From NCBI RefSeq assembly GCF_004010195.1, contig NC_057749.1:23167246-23231245 (forward strand): a stretch of DNA of 64,000 bases, written 5' to 3'. This document shows, piece by piece, positions 1-13,705 of this stretch (within the stretch, counting starts at the first letter, position 1; every line of letters begins with the position of its first letter). The position numbers and the translations under genes are program-made. The notes under the pieces were generated by a model that worked only from the letters and a program-made list of their open reading frames with translations, had not been told where the DNA came from and did not search any database. This DNA comes from Chiloscyllium plagiosum (Eukaryota).

Positions 1-217
1 GGGGCAGATAAAAACTGGGAGCGCTTTGTCAATAGGGGACTTGTTTGTAAGGAGAACTGACAGGCAATTCTGTAGCAGCAAACGAGACTCTGAATTAGTA
101 TGTTGCTCCCCTGCTGCCAATGTTAGCGACGTCTCAGAGAACTGGAGGACGTTCTGAAGGGGGAAGGTGAACAGCCAGCAGTCGGGTATGAACGACATGA
201 GGCAAAAAGGAAAATGA

Positions 218-652
218 AAAGATTTACAAGGATGTTGCCAGGGTTGGAGGATTTGAGCTACAGGGAGAGGCAGAACAGGCTGGGGCTGTTTTCCCTGGAG
301 TGTCAGAGGCTGAGGGGTGACCTTATAGAGGTTTACAAAATTATGAGGGGCATGGGAGTCCAGAACTAGAGGGCATAGGTTTAGGGTGAAAGGGGAAAGA
401 TATAAAAGAGACCTAAGGGGCAACTTTTTCACACAGAGGCTGGTATGTGTATGGAATGAACTGCCAGAGGAAGTGGTGGAGGTTGGTACAATTGCAAAAT
501 TTAAGAGGCATTTGGATGGGTATATGAATAGGAAGGATTTGGAGGGATATGGGCCGGGTGCTGGCAGGTGGGACTAGGTTGGGTTTGGATATCTGGTCAG
601 CATGGACGGGTTGGATCAAAGGGTCTGTTTCCATGCTGTACATTTCTATGAC
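218..652 (+). mobile_element. CR1/HER1 3' fragment nested in the older CR1
   Basis: RGNFFTQRLVCVWNELP motif plus HER1-like 3' UTR. Similar fragments lie at about 4420-5025(-), 5205-5530(+), 8860-9095(+), 15395-16150(+), 19738-20047(-), 32800-33450(+), 33455-33800(-), 34405-34862(+), 34880-35440(+), 40280-40870(-), 47815-48640(+), 56310-56680(+) and 57950-58200(+). Confidence 0.88.
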
Positions 653-3163
653 ACTAAGTCCTGCAACAGGAGTTTAGAGAGTTAGATTAATGAGAAAGAT
701 TACTAAGGTTGTAATCTCCAGATTACTTCCAATGCCACATTCTCCTGAGTATTGGAATAAGAAGACAGAAAGCATGGTTAAAGGGATGGTATTGAAGAGA
801 GGGGCTTACATTTTTTGATCACTGGGACAGTGCCTAGGGTAGGTGGGACTTTCATAAGCTGGATGGATTTCACCTGAACCAGAATGGCTTCAATACCTTG
901 CTGAAAGGTTTGCTGATACAGTCAGGGAGGTTTTAAACTGACCCAGCAGGGGAATGGGGCACAGAGTAGATGTAAAGTCGGGAGCGAGGTCCAATCACTT
1001 ACAGAAGGAATACCATGACAGTCCAGTAGGCAAGGAGCACACGAGCAGGATAAAACACATGGGAGGACCAGAGAGCTAAACTGTATCAATTTTAATGTAA
1101 GGAGCCTGCCTGGTTAGGCCGGAGAACTTATAGCACTGATCAGCACATGGGAATATGATACTGTTACAGCCACTGAAGGAAGGAAGCAAAGGACTGGCAG
1201 CTCAACATTCCAGGGTATAGAACGTTCAGGCAGGATGGAGGGGCCATATACGAGAGGTGGGGGATTGCATTATTGATAACAGAAACCATCGCTCCAGTAA
1301 ATAAGGAGGATAACCTTGAAGGTTCTTCAAATGAGGCCATCTGGGTAGAGCTGAGAAATAAAGGAAAGGCAATTACTTTGCTGAGATTATACTGCAGGCC
1401 TCCCAACAGTCAGAGGGAGATAGAGGAGCAGATTTGGAGGCAAACGATAACATAATGTGAGCAAAGTAGGGTTGTGGCCGAAGGGCATTTCAACTTTGCT
1501 GACGTTAAGTAGGACCACCTTAGTGTGAAAACATTAGACAGGGTGGAATATTTAAAGTGCATCCAGTGGAGGTTTTTGTGCCAGTACGTAAATCTTCCTA
1601 AAAGAGATGGTTAAAAATCACACAACACCAGGTGATAGTCCAACGGGTTTATTTGAAGTCAAGCTTTCAGAGTGCTGCTCCTTTGTTGAGTAGCTAGTGG
1701 TCCAGAATCATAGTAACAGTAAACAGTTTATAGTAAGTTCTATGTCTTATGACCCTGTGCCACTAGTTACCTGCTGAAGGAGCAGTGCCATGAAAGCTTG
1801 TACTTCCAAATAAACCAATTGGACTATAACCTGGTGGTGCGTGATGTTTAACTTTGTCCACCCCAGTCCAACACCGGCACATCCACCTCATGGCTATTCG
1901 AGATGGGGCAGCACTAGACCTTATCTTAGGGAATGAATCCGGTCAAGTGGTCGAAGTGTCAAATGGCTAGCATTTCAGGAATAGTGATCATAACTCTGTA
2001 AGTTTTAAAGTCATGATGGAAAGGGATGAGGATAGTGCAGAAGTTAAGTGTCTAAGATGGGGGAAGGCCAATCTCAAAATTATTAGGCAGGACCTGGCAA
2101 ACATAGACTGGGAGCAGTTACTGGCAGATAACAACATTTGGAAAGTGGGATTCTTTTAAAGGTAGTACAAAAGAATTCAGGGCCAGTGTGTTCTTCTAAG
2201 AGTGATGGGCAAGGGCAGCAAATCCAGGGAATTCTGAATGTCAAGGGATATCAAATGTTTGATAAAGAAAAAGAAAGAAGTGTGTGTCAGGTATAATGCA
2301 TTAAAAACAGGGGAGGTTGTTCAGGGGCGTAATGAGTGTATGGCGTGTTTCAAAAGAAATTAAAAGGGCAAGGAGGGGTCACAAAATATCTTTAGCAGCC
2401 AGTGTCAAGGAAAAGTCCCCAAGGCATTTTATAATTGCACTAAGAGTAGGAGGATTACCAGGGAATGCCTGGAGCCTATTAAAGACCAAAGGAGCATCTA
2501 TACTTGGAGCCAGAGGACATGGGGTGAGGCCTGAAATGAATATTTCTCATCTGTATTCACAAAGGAGAGAGACAGTGTAGCTAGAGATTTCAGCTGAGAT
2601 GGTGAAATTCTAGAGCATGATAGGATTAATAAGGAGGAAGTATTAGACATTTTAGTGGGCACAAAGTATATTAATCCCCTGGACCGGATGGGATGTATCC
2701 CAGACTGCTATGGGAAGCAGGGAAGAGATTGTTGGGGGCCTGGAAGAGATATTTAGTATTTCGCCACCTACAGGTGAAGTGGCAAATGACTGGAGGATGG
2801 CTAATTGGAATCCTGCGACAGCGGTATACCACAGGCATTGATGCTGGGACCCTTGCTATTTCTTATGCATGTTGAAGGCTTGGATGTGAATGCGAAAGCT
2901 ATAATTAGCAAGTTTGCAGATGCCACAAAAATTGATGTTGTTGATAGTGAGGAGGATGATCTCAGGCTGACAATAATGTGCTGGTAAATTGGGCAGAACA
3001 ATGGCAGATGGAATTTAATCCTGATGAGTGTGAAGTGATGTATTTTGGGAGGTCTAATAGGGGGTGGAAAATCACATTGAATGGTTGGCTCCTCAGGAGT
3101 ACTGAGGAACAAATGAACATGAGTGTACAAGTCCAGAGATCCCTCAAGGTGTCAGTACTGGTA

Positions 3164-3409
3164 AAAATCACACAACACCAGGTTCTAGTCCAACAGGTTT
3201 ATTTGGAGCTACTAGCTTTCAAAGTGCTGCTCCTCCATCAGGTGGTTGCAAAACAGGATTATAAGACACAGAATCTATAGCTTCACAACCACCTGATGAA
3301 CGAGCAGAGCTTCGAAAGCTAGTGCTTCCAAACAAACCTGTTGGACTATATCCTGGCATTGTGTGATTTTTAACTTTGTCCACCCAAGTCCAACACCGGC
3401 ACCTCCACA
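3164..3409 (+). mobile_element. Penelope-like terminal-repeat insert, third family, with a degenerate hammerhead at 3290-3324
   Basis: Inverted arms of about 85 bp plus a tail, with a degenerate TSD (TCAGTACTGGTA/TCAGTACAAGTA). Core reads CAC-CTGATGA-..GAGC/GCTT..-GAAA-GC-TA^GTG. Relatives at 1611-1895 and 59049-59571 (11-bp TSD TTCTTATTGTA, SINE inside). Confidence 0.78.
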
Positions 3410-6400
3410 TCAGTACAAGTAGGTGGTGAAGAAGGCATATAGGAAACTTGCCTTCATTAGCTGGCACGTAGAATATAGGAGCAAGCAAGTCTTGTTACTT
3501 CTCTGCAAAATATTGATTCAGTCACAGATGGAATACTGTGTGCAGTTCTGGTTGCCACACAATCAGAAGGATGGGATTGCACTGGAGAGGGTGCAGATGA
3601 AATTGTTGCTGTGTGATATCCAATGTGGAGGTTCATAGCTCATAGAAAACTGTAGTAGCCAAGTACCTGTTTTGACTTCCTTGTTAAACACTCTCAACAA
3701 TTCACTAGTTCAATGCATTTAGTAAGGTAGGAAGCTGAATAGTAATGATGCAAACTAATAAGGTGCTTAATAAGTTTTAATCCTCCTTAATTTTAAACTC
3801 ATGTTAAAACTTCAGCCAGAAACGTGCCTCACTGCTCGACAAACATGTAAGTGATGCAGGAAATTACTCCCAAAGTTAAAATGGCACTCAATGACTTCTC
3901 GCATAGTTCTGCCACAAATCTTGCTGCAATCGGTGTGCTTTAGGTCTCTATATGATTCCATCCAAAATGAGATTAATCAGATCATCGATGTTAATGATAG
4001 TTTTGAGGGGGCACTTACATTGATATATGGCCTTGGAGCTCTCCCTTACAATTTTGTGAAATATTGCCATAGCATCCTCTACACTTGGTTTGCTGTCTCC
4101 CCTGAACGACAGAACATCTAACAATGCAGCACACCCTTCATAGTGCACTGGGAATAGCAGCCCGATCTTTATTCTCAATTTACATTTCTTTTTGTTCTAT
4201 TTTGACTAACTTTATTGCCCGAGAATCAGACATTATTTTCTTTGCCTCATTGGCTGGGACATTACTGCATTAGGTACTAGAGTAAAATTGAGGCCATTCT
4301 AATTAACTGCTAGTTATTCTTTGGGAGTAAGGTGTTTCATCTTGGAGGCTCTACCATATATTCTGTCAACTTGTGCTGGACCCGATTTGAAGGCCTTTGT
4401 CTTCTCTCAGATAAAATTGCAGAGAGCTATAGAGTCATGCAGCACAGAAACAGACCCTTTAACCCAATGTGTCCATGCCTACCAGGTTTCTGAAACTGAA
4501 TTAGTCCCATTTATCTGCATTTGGCCCATATCCCTCTAAACTATCCTATACTTTCCTATCCAAGTACCTGACCAAATGTCTTTTAAATGTTGTAACTGTA
4601 CCCATCTCTACCACTTCCTCTGGCAGCTTGTTCCATGTATGGACCAATCCATGTGTGAAACAGTTGTCTCTCAGGTCCCTTTTGAATCTATTCCCTCCTC
4701 ATCTTAAACCTACACCCTCCAGTTTCAGCCTACCCTACCCTAGAGAGAAGACCTTGGCTATTCACCCCATCCATGCTCCTCATGATTTTATAAACCTCTA
4801 TAAGGTCACTCCGAAGTATCCGATGCTCCAGGGAAAAATGCTCCAGCCTATCCAGTTTCTCCTTATAATTCAAACCTTCCAGTCCTGGTCACATCCTTGC
4901 AAATCTTTTTGGGACCCTTTCCAATGTAATAACATCCTCCCTATAGCAGGGTGACCAGAACTGTACTCAGTCCTCCAGATGGAGCCTCACCAATGTCTTG
5001 TTTAGCCGCAACATTACAGCCCGACAATAGATTTCCAGGTACATTTTTACGGATAAGAGAAGCTCTACTTAAATAATAACAGTTAACAAATATTTTCTCT
5101 CATCCTGCAATTCATGGCACTTTTCTCACATTTCCCATAGGCATTTATACTCTCTTCTGTCCAGCATTATCTCCTTCAAATGCATTTATAGCGCATCCTT
5201 TAACATAGGGTTAATAGTAGGTGTGTTTTCCCCTACGATGGGGGATTTCAAGACTGGCAGTATATTTTCAAGGTGAGAGGAGAGAGATTTAATAAAGACA
5301 TGAAGGACAACCTTTTCACACAGAGGTTGGTTCATGTGTGGAATGAACTTCCAGAGGAACTGGTGGACACAGACACAGTTACAACATTAAAAAGACACTT
5401 GGATAAGTACATGAATTAGAAGGGTTTGGAGGGATGTAGGCCAGGAACAGGCAGGTGGGACTAGTTTAATTTGGGATTCTGTTCGGCACTGGACTGAAGG
5501 ATCCAGTTTCCGTGCTATATGACTCCATAGTAAAAGAACTCCGTGACATTATGTAAAAGAATATAAAAAAGCATGACCAGACAAAATCTGACAGTAAAGA
5601 GACATTAAGACTTCTGAGCAAAACCTTGGTGGTGGGGGAAGTTTCTCAAAGGAGGAGAGACGTTGAGCTTTATGGAGGGTCTCCAGGGGTTAGGATCCAG
5701 GCAAGCGTAGACACAGCCTCCAGTGGTGGAGTGATTAATACCAGAGACGTTCATGATTCAGAACTGGAGGCCTGTAGAGATCTCAGAAGGTTGTAGCATT
5801 GGAGCAGGTTACAGATTTAGCAACTTGAGTGCAAAGACAAGAAATTTAAAATTGAGACCCCAATTATTCTGCATTCCAACATTACTTCTTACCCTATCAT
5901 ATGTCCTTTTGAACTATTAAGTCTATAAAATATTCAAGACTGTTTATGGGTATAATACAATAACCTCTTTGCAGTGGGACACACATCTAAATTAGCATAT
6001 TACTGTAGAGATATCACAGTTTAATTTAGATTATGCAAAACCAATCTGGAATTGACCTGTGCATTACTGAGAATGAAAATCCCTAGGCCTGATATTATTT
6101 TCACATTCAGCTTGATGGTAATGATTAAGAATGATTTCTGTGGGGAATACTATCTTTAATGCTCTTTTCCTGAACTAGTCAGTCTACATACCAGAATGCA
6201 TTTATTGGTTAATAGACAGTTAAATGTAGATCATTAAAAAAAAAAGGTCTACACAGAGGAAAACTAGATGATTGATTCAGTTCTAATTTGGATCTGCCTG
6301 CAGCTATCTCAATTATCTGGGTGTTGTGAAGCAGCCAATTAATTACACTGTTAATAAAGCAAGGAGAGATTCCGACACTGTGATACCCGAATCAGAGATG

Positions 6401-6849
6401 GCAATGCGATTGAGCTCATTTTAAGTTCACCCACCAAACCTGGTTAGTAATGCAGATACACGGCCATCTCTCCTTCTATAATAAAACAAAGAATTACACA
6501 CATTGGAGATCTGAAACAAAATTGGAAAGTGCTGGAGGAACTCCATTGGCATCCGAAGAAAAAAACCAGACCTGCTGAGTTTCTGCACCACTTTCTGTTT
6601 CTGTATCTGTTACTATAGTTTGGTGGAACTTTCACTTTACTGTTTATCAACTTGGCAATGAGTTAATGCACACAGAGTTAATTATACTCCCTAAGTATAG
6701 TTACTTCTAAGGATAAGGTACCTGGCTGCTGTTCTCTTTTGTTTACCTGTGATCACAGCACATTTCGATGTGCAGATTCTCAAAATGCATCTGTAGACAA
6801 TCATCAAAAGTATTTTAAATTCACAGACTTTGACCAATAATTTTTGATT

Positions 6850-7590
6850 AGGAATCCTGCAGCTATAACTCCCATACTCCTCAAAGACTGTCCACTACCT
6901 ACAAGGCACAGGTCAGGAGTGTGATAGAATATTCCCCCCCAACTTGCCGGGATAGGTGCAGCTCCAACAACACTCAAGAAGTTCAACACCACCCAGGACA
7001 AAGCAGCCCGCTTGATTAGCACCACATCCACAAACACTCCAACACCAATGCTCAGTAGCGACAGTATATGCACTGTTGAAATTCACCAAAGATTCTTAGA
7101 CTGCACCAAATTCACAACCATTTCCATCTAGAAGGACAAGGACAGCAGATTTACAGGTAGTTCTTTTATAACATGATGGTTGTGTTCTTGTGCCACCCCA
7201 CATTATAGGAAAATCACAGTTTAGATTCAGCGCTTAAAGTGTTGGCAATGTAATCACAATACAGCCAACACCCACTTTAAAAACAGTGTCCCCAATTCAT
7301 CATTTACAGTGAATTGGAGTTAATGAAACGTGTGTTATAGCAGAATGATCTGTATGGGAAGATTATTGATTACCAGTTCCCCTCCAAGCCATTCACTATC
7401 CTGACTTGGAAATATATCGCCGTTCCTTCAGGGTCGCTGAGTCAAAATCCTGGAATTCCCTCCCCAAAGGGCATTATGGGTTGACCTATAGCACATGGAC
7501 TGCAGCAGTTCAAGAGCATCTTCCCAAGGGTGGCTAGGGATGGCAGTAAATGTTGGCTGGCTAACATCCTGTGAGTGAATAAAAGAGAAA
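6850..7590 (+). mobile_element. LINE 3' fragment (CR1/L2 group) split by a MITE
   Basis: YKAQVRSVIEY and TTLKKFNTTQDKAARLI; 3' tail shared with ~26700-26800(-) and ~41580-41700(+). Confidence 0.6.
7154..7352. mobile_element. Tigger/pogo-like MITE
   Basis: TA TSD on both sides. TIRs CAGGTAGTTCTTTTATAAC / GTTATAGCAGAATGATCTG. Similar but more degenerate elements at ~18623-19168 and ~26401-26622. Confidence 0.65.
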
Positions 7591-9959
7591 CACTATCCAA
7601 ATAAAATGAATTAAGGTCTTGGAAATGGTGAAATATCAATTCTTCTGCTTTTTAAAATGAAATTACTTTAGAAAGTAAAGGAGATTTAAATGAGAAACTG
7701 CTCCAACACCTTGCCTTTATGTGAGGCCTTAAATGCAGCAGAACATTGCAAGGTACTTCACGGGAGTGTAATCTGATCCAGTTAGGAAGGTAGGAGGGCT
7801 GGTGTTTAATCACAGAAGGAGGTTTTAAGGAAGAAAGAAGGAAGGTGAGGCAAAGAGACGGAGAGGTGTGGGGAGGCTATTCAAGACTTAGGCAAGCTTA
7901 AATCACACTGTCCATCAGTGGAGTGATTACTTAGGGAGGGCAGAGTTGAAGGAGAGCAGTCATTACTGAAAGCTGTCAAACTGGGGAATACGGCAGACAG
8001 ATATTGGTGAACAATAGTAAGAAATTTAAAATTGAAAACTGCAGGACTGGGTTCCAATATAGGTCAACAAGCAGAAGGGCAAATGGGATTTGATATAAAT
8101 TAGAATAGAAGCGGTAGAGGTTTGGATGAACTCAGTTTTATGGAGGGTGGATCTTAAAAGGTTTCTCGGGATTATCCCAGACAGGTAGTGAAATAGAGTC
8201 AAAAAGTGTGGCACTGGAAAAGCACAGCAGGTCAGGCAGCATTCGAGGAGCAGGAGAATCGACATTTCAGGCATAAGCCCTTCGTCAGGATCTGACGCCT
8301 GCAGCGTTGACTCTCCTGCTCCTCGGATGCTGCCTGACCTGCTGTGCTTTTCCAGTGCCACACTCTTCGACTCTGATCTCCAGCACTTGCAGTCCTCATC
8401 TTCTCTAGGTAGGGGAATAGCTGAGTGTAGAGATAGCAAAAGCATGTAAAAAGGTTTCATCAGTATGTGAGATTTAGCAGAATCGGAATCAGGTGATGTT
8501 AGGAAAGTAGGAGGTCTAGATGATATTTGGTTGGAAACTCATCTTAAAGTAAGATATTACATTGACATTATAGAATCCCTATAGTGTGAAAGCAGGCCAT
8601 TCAGCCCCTCCAAAGAGCACCCCACCAAGACCCATTCTATCCCTCTAATCTGCATTTCCCATGGCCAATCCACCTAAACTGTGCTTCTTTGGACTGTGGG
8701 AGGAAACCCACACAGACACGGGCAGAATGTGCAAACTCCAGTCAGACAGTCGCCCGAGGCTGGAATTGAACCCAGGTACTTAGTGCAGTGAGGCAGCAGT
8801 GCTAACCACTGAGACCCCATAGCCTATAATTGCATATCTCCCTAATTGATTCCTTGCATGTGGCAAGTACTTCACACGGAGGGTAGTAGGTGCCTAGAAC
8901 GTGTTGCCAGCAGAGGTAGTAGAGGCAGGTACGGCAGATTCATTTAAGATGCTTCTGGACAAATTCATGAGTAGGTGGGGAGCAGAGGGATACAGATGCT
9001 TAGGAATTGGGCGACAGCTTTAGACTGTAGATTTGGATCGGCTCAGGCTTTGATCGGCTCAGTTCCTGGGCTGTAAAGTTTCTTTGTTCTTTGTGATTCC
9101 AGTAGAATGTAACTAAACCTAAATGCAACATTAGCTGCACTAATGTCAGAAAGTCTTACAATTTCTCATGGACCATTTCTGGTTCTCCACTCCAAATAGT
9201 ACATCAGTTAGCACATAAGCAAAACACCACATATGCTGGAAATCTGAAATAAAAACAGAAAATACTGGAAATGTCCAACTGGCCAGGGAGTATCTGTGAA
9301 GAGAGAAAAACAATTGGTGGGCTGAATCTTATCTTTTTTATTGGTGAAGTACAAATTGAGTTGGGGCTTTCTGCTGTGAGACCTGACCATATCTTGCCAA
9401 GCTCACCTCATTAACTACCTATCCTGCCCCAATGGCATTCCTCAAAGCCAATTCCAGCCACATCTTACCACTCACTGTTCCTGAAACAGCACGCCACCTT
9501 CTGGAATTTACCAGCATGCCTTGTACCCTTGCCATCTTTAACAGCATGTTGTGGACACAAACAAAGCTCTGCCAATCCAGAGCCACACTGCATGATTCTT
9601 GCCAATTGCTCCTGAGTTGGCAAACTGATACCACCCACATTTATCTCCAGTCTTCCCTGCCTTGCTCATTCTACAAAAGAAGCCAAAAAGAAAGCGTTAA
9701 GATGGGTGGTAAGCTGTCTCACCTCTTTTGTGGAGAGCATCCTGACTCTGACTGGCCTGTGTTGCTGACTGACCCATGTCCAACCCCTCAAGACTGGTAT
9801 CAGAGGCTACCATTGACTTACAGTAGGAGGACTCCTGGCTGAAGATTATCTCCCTTGACGTGACTGAGATCTGCAGATAACCAGAACAAACTTCCTGGCT
9901 TTGTGTCTGCATTGAATGGCAGTACTGAGAGCCAGGTATCTCTTTCTTTTATATCAAGA

Positions 9960-10690
9960 GTATACTTTATTTTATAAAAAATATGTTTATATACACACAC
10001 ATAGTGACTAAAGCAGTTTCATTCTGTCTGGTAGAATATGAAGAAACAAACATTGGAGCTTGAATTTATCCAGCAAGCAATAAAAGACATTTCCTACTAT
10101 GCAAGATTATATTTACATATGTTCTAGGCACTGGGAGGGTCTGACAACTGAACAGATCCCCTTTTAACTTCAGCAGGAAGACCTCAGACAGTGGTCTTTC
10201 TCCACTGAGCCTTAGCAGCAGTGCCCCAAGCTGTAGTGCATCCCTCAGCATATAGCCCTGGACCTTGAAACGTGTCAGTCTGCTACACTCAGTTGAGTTC
10301 TATTCCTTGCTCTGGAAAACCAACAAGTTTTGGGCAGAACCAAAGAGTGTCTTTACCCAGTTGATGGCCCTCCAGGTGGAGTCGATGTTTGTCTTGGTGT
10401 GCGTCTTGTCTTGGGGAACAGATCGTAGAGCACTGTATCATGGAGCTGCTTGGGATGAACCTGGACAAAATCCACTGCATCTCTTTCCTTTGCAAAGGCA
10501 CATTCCTCTCTGCCCGGGGCAGGGATGGGGGAGTGCAAAGCACACAAATTCACAGCAAACCAAGCAAGGCAGTGATACTGTAGGTATCCAGGTGGACTCA
10601 GGGTAAGTGAGTTCTCTGAGACCAAACCAAGAACCTGGAGATGCAGCCTGGTCCAATCCATGAGCCAAGGCCTTGCTTAATGCCGTATTG
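9960..10690 (-). mobile_element. L1-Tx1-type LINE ORF2 C-terminal remnant
   Basis: Frameshifted pieces ECAFAKE, MQWILSRFIPSSS, VLYDLFP, LLVFQSKEL, YMLRDALQLGA and AAKAQWRKTTV* resemble the C-terminus of fish Tx1-like ORF2. Confidence 0.7.
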
Positions 10691-11029
10691 AAGAGGCAAT
10701 CTAGATTATAGACTCATCTCTGGAGCATGCCTTGAATTCACAACTCTTTGACAGAGGACTGAATTGAAAACACAGTGTAGACATTTGCTGAGCTTCTGTC
10801 TTTCAAGTTCCACCTTTTGTTTTGACATTTTTGGGCAATCTTTCGTATTAGAACTATGAAGGCAGTTGCACCACGGTAATTGGCTGCTACCCTTTGATTG
10901 ACACAGATATTTAAATTTTTCACAACTAGAACAAAGCAGCTTCATCAATGCATAAACATTTCAGTGCTTTTATTTATCCTTGTGATGTCAGAAACATAAA
11001 AGCAAGTGCCTGCAAACAGTTGTCGACTG

Positions 11030-11300
11030 GATTAACCATTTCGGTGATGTTGCTTGAGGGATAAATATTGGTCAGACCACCAAAAAAAGATTCTCCTATG
11101 TTTCCATCTGTGTCACAGGATCGTTAACATCCACTGGAAACAGAAAATGCAGCCTCAGTTCAAACTCCCATCTGCACCCATCGACAGTGTATCATTCTCT
11201 CAATACTGCACCGAAATCTCACCTCCAATTCTGTGCTCAGTTCCTGGTGGTGGGACTCGAACCCCTCAGTCCACTGGCTCATTCGGGTAAGAATGCCATC
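11030..11300 (-). mobile_element. Old Deu-domain SINE (SacSINE1-like)
   Basis: Minus strand has a tRNA-like head with GGTTCGAGTCC and Deu-like ..GGATGTTAACGATCC..CCAATATTTATCCCTCAAGCAACATCAC. Similar remnants at ~3930-4180 and ~11900-12150. Confidence 0.55.
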
Positions 11301-12479
11301 TTGGAGTTGGCTCCCCTTAATAAAAGATGCAGGCTAGATATTTCCCCCCCCACTCCGAGGCATTAAGCCAAGACTAGCAGTGAAATCATGTGATTCTGCC
11401 CACATTGAAAATTGGGGATCAACCTAAGATCACCTTGTGTTGTGTCAGCAGATCACGTTTCCGATCATACTACTAATTCCATGTGTCGCTGTTTTAAGCA
11501 TCCATACCACACCCTAAGATCGGGGACTGATGCCCAGGTACCTCTACTCCTTAAGATTTATGTCCTGTTTTATTCTTTCAGATATTGTCTTTGGCATCAG
11601 TCTTGTGCCTCCAGATTCTCTCCCTAAGGCAAGGCAAGAGGTGCTGTACACATAGAATGAGCACACCATCTGCTCTGGACATTTAATCACTGTAGACAAT
11701 GCAAGTCAAGGTGACCTGCCAACATTGTACAAGGGCTGAGGCTACCTCCGTGCTATAAAGATAGGCCTGCACCTACATTGCCCTTTTCAACAACATCAGG
11801 ATGTCCAGTGGCAGATGCAAGTACAGTTACAACACTTAATAGGCATTTGATTAAGTAAATGAATAGGAAATGTTTTGAGGGATATGGGCCAAGCTGGGGT
11901 AATATAGGAAACATACCTCCCAATTTATACACTGCAGGCTCCCATAAACAACAATGTGACAAAGACCAGATAATCATTTCTATTTCAGTGATGTTGCTTA
12001 AGAAATATATATTGTCTGAGATACTGGAGAAAATACCTAGGTTCTTCGTTGAAACCATGGCATCTTTCACACCAATCTGAGTACCTTACTTCAGTGCCTC
12101 ATTGGAAAGACAGAACCTCTGACAGTACAGCACTCCATTAACATGACATTCATCACCATCAACTACAGGACCAATCGTTTTATTATCTGCAAATTTCCTA
12201 ATTATGTCTCACACATTTAACAAAGAAAATAGGAGTAGCAGTAGGCTATTTGCCTCATAGAACCTGCTTTGTCATTCAATATGATCATGGCTGATCATCC
12301 AATTCAGTTCCTTGTTCCGGCTTTCTCCCCTTTTAGCCCTAAGAACTAATTCCTAATTAGTTCCTTTCGGGAAGCCCTAATTCCTTCCCGAAAACTTTCA
12401 ATATTTTGGCCTTAACTGTTTCCTGTGGGCAGAGAATTCCACAGACACCCCACTCTCACTGAAGAAATTTCTCCTAATC

Positions 12480-13105
12480 TGAATGTATCAATGGTGCTGA
12501 GGTGGAGAGAGCTTCATGTTCCTCGGAGTAAATATCACCATCGATCTGCCCTGGTCCATCCACATCAACATAACGGTCACGAAAGCGCACCAACATCTCT
12601 GCTTCCTCAGGAGGCTAAGGAAATTCAGCACATTCACAACAACTCTTATCAATTTTTATGGATGAACCACAAAAAGCATCCTACCTGGATGTATCACAGC
12701 TTGATATAGCAACAGCTCTGCCCAAGACTACAGGAAATTACAAAGAGTTGTGGACACAGCCTGGTCCATCACACAAACCAGCCTTCCATCCATTGGCTCC
12801 ATCCATGCTTCCCACTCAGGAAACATCATTAAAAACCCATCCCATCCAGTTATACTCTCTTCCATTGGGCAGAAGATACTAAAGATTGAAAACCAGTACC
12901 GACAGATTCAAGAACAGCTTCTTCCCTGTTGTTGTCAGGCTTATAAATGGTCCTCTTATATATCAGAGTTGATCTTTCTCTGCACTTTCTCTGTAGCTGT
13001 ACCTCTATATTCTGCATTACCCTGATGTACTTAGGTAAGATAGGTTAGCACACAAAACAATATTTTTCACTCTATCTCAATACATGCGGTAATAACAAAT
13101 CAGGT
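12480..13105 (+). mobile_element. Rex1/Babar-type LINE 3' fragment
   Basis: ESFMFLGVNITIDLPWSIHINITVTKAHQHLCFLRRLRKF. Related pieces at ~16150-16370(-), 27015-27600(+) and 46570-47005(+). Confidence 0.7.
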
Positions 13106-13705
13106 CAAAATTATCTCAGTCCTAAATGGCTGATCCCATATCCTTAAACTGAATCCTTAGGTCCAAGTCATTAATATATACAACAAACAATGAGTTACCC
13201 ATCTTACAGCCCTGTGGAATGCCATTGCAAACACCTTTCTGTTTGAAAAAACATCCATTGACCATTACTGTTTTTTTATTTCTGTCACAATGGCAATTAT
13301 CAATTCACCAGTCCACCATTCATCCCATGGGTTTTCTTCTTTCTGATCAGTCTGTCCTCCAGGACCTTGTCAAATCCCTTAGTAAAATTCATATACCCAA
13401 TTTCAACTCTCACTGTCCTCAACTCCCTTAGTTACTTCCTCAAAAAATTCAGTTGGTAAGACATGACCTTCCCTGAACAAAATGATGCTGCCTAGCCATG
13501 ATTAATCGGTGCCTTTCTAAGTGACAGTTCCTCTAATCTTTCAGAATTGTTTTGAATAATTTGGAGGTAGATTGACCAATCTCTATTTATTTAACATATT
13601 ATTTGCAGCCATTTAAAATAATGGCAGGACATTTGCAGACTTACAATCATCTGGTACTTTACCTCTATCTAGTAAGGATTGGAAGAGCATCCATTATTTC
13701 TTCCC

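Larger units (their letters stand above)
1..3600 (+). mobile_element. Old near-full-length CR1 LINE (esterase-like ORF1, endonuclease-RT ORF2), decayed and with nested inserts
   Basis: ORF1 remnants IGDLFVRRTD and DGFHLN. Endonuclease remnants EAIWVELRN..YCRPPNS and LDLILGNE. RT remnants SGIPQALMLGPLLF, SKFADATKI and WAEQWQMEFN. Confidence 0.85.

Noticed and set aside
6360..6800. Terminal exons of a plus-strand gene (..RIRDGNAIELILSSPTKP|AHFDVQILKMHL*)
   Set aside because: Weak acceptor for the first segment and no recognisable product; not enough support.
10265..10606. Plus-strand ORFs as a gag/ZCCHC3-like gene
   Set aside because: The minus strand explains the region better as a Tx1-type ORF2 C-terminus.
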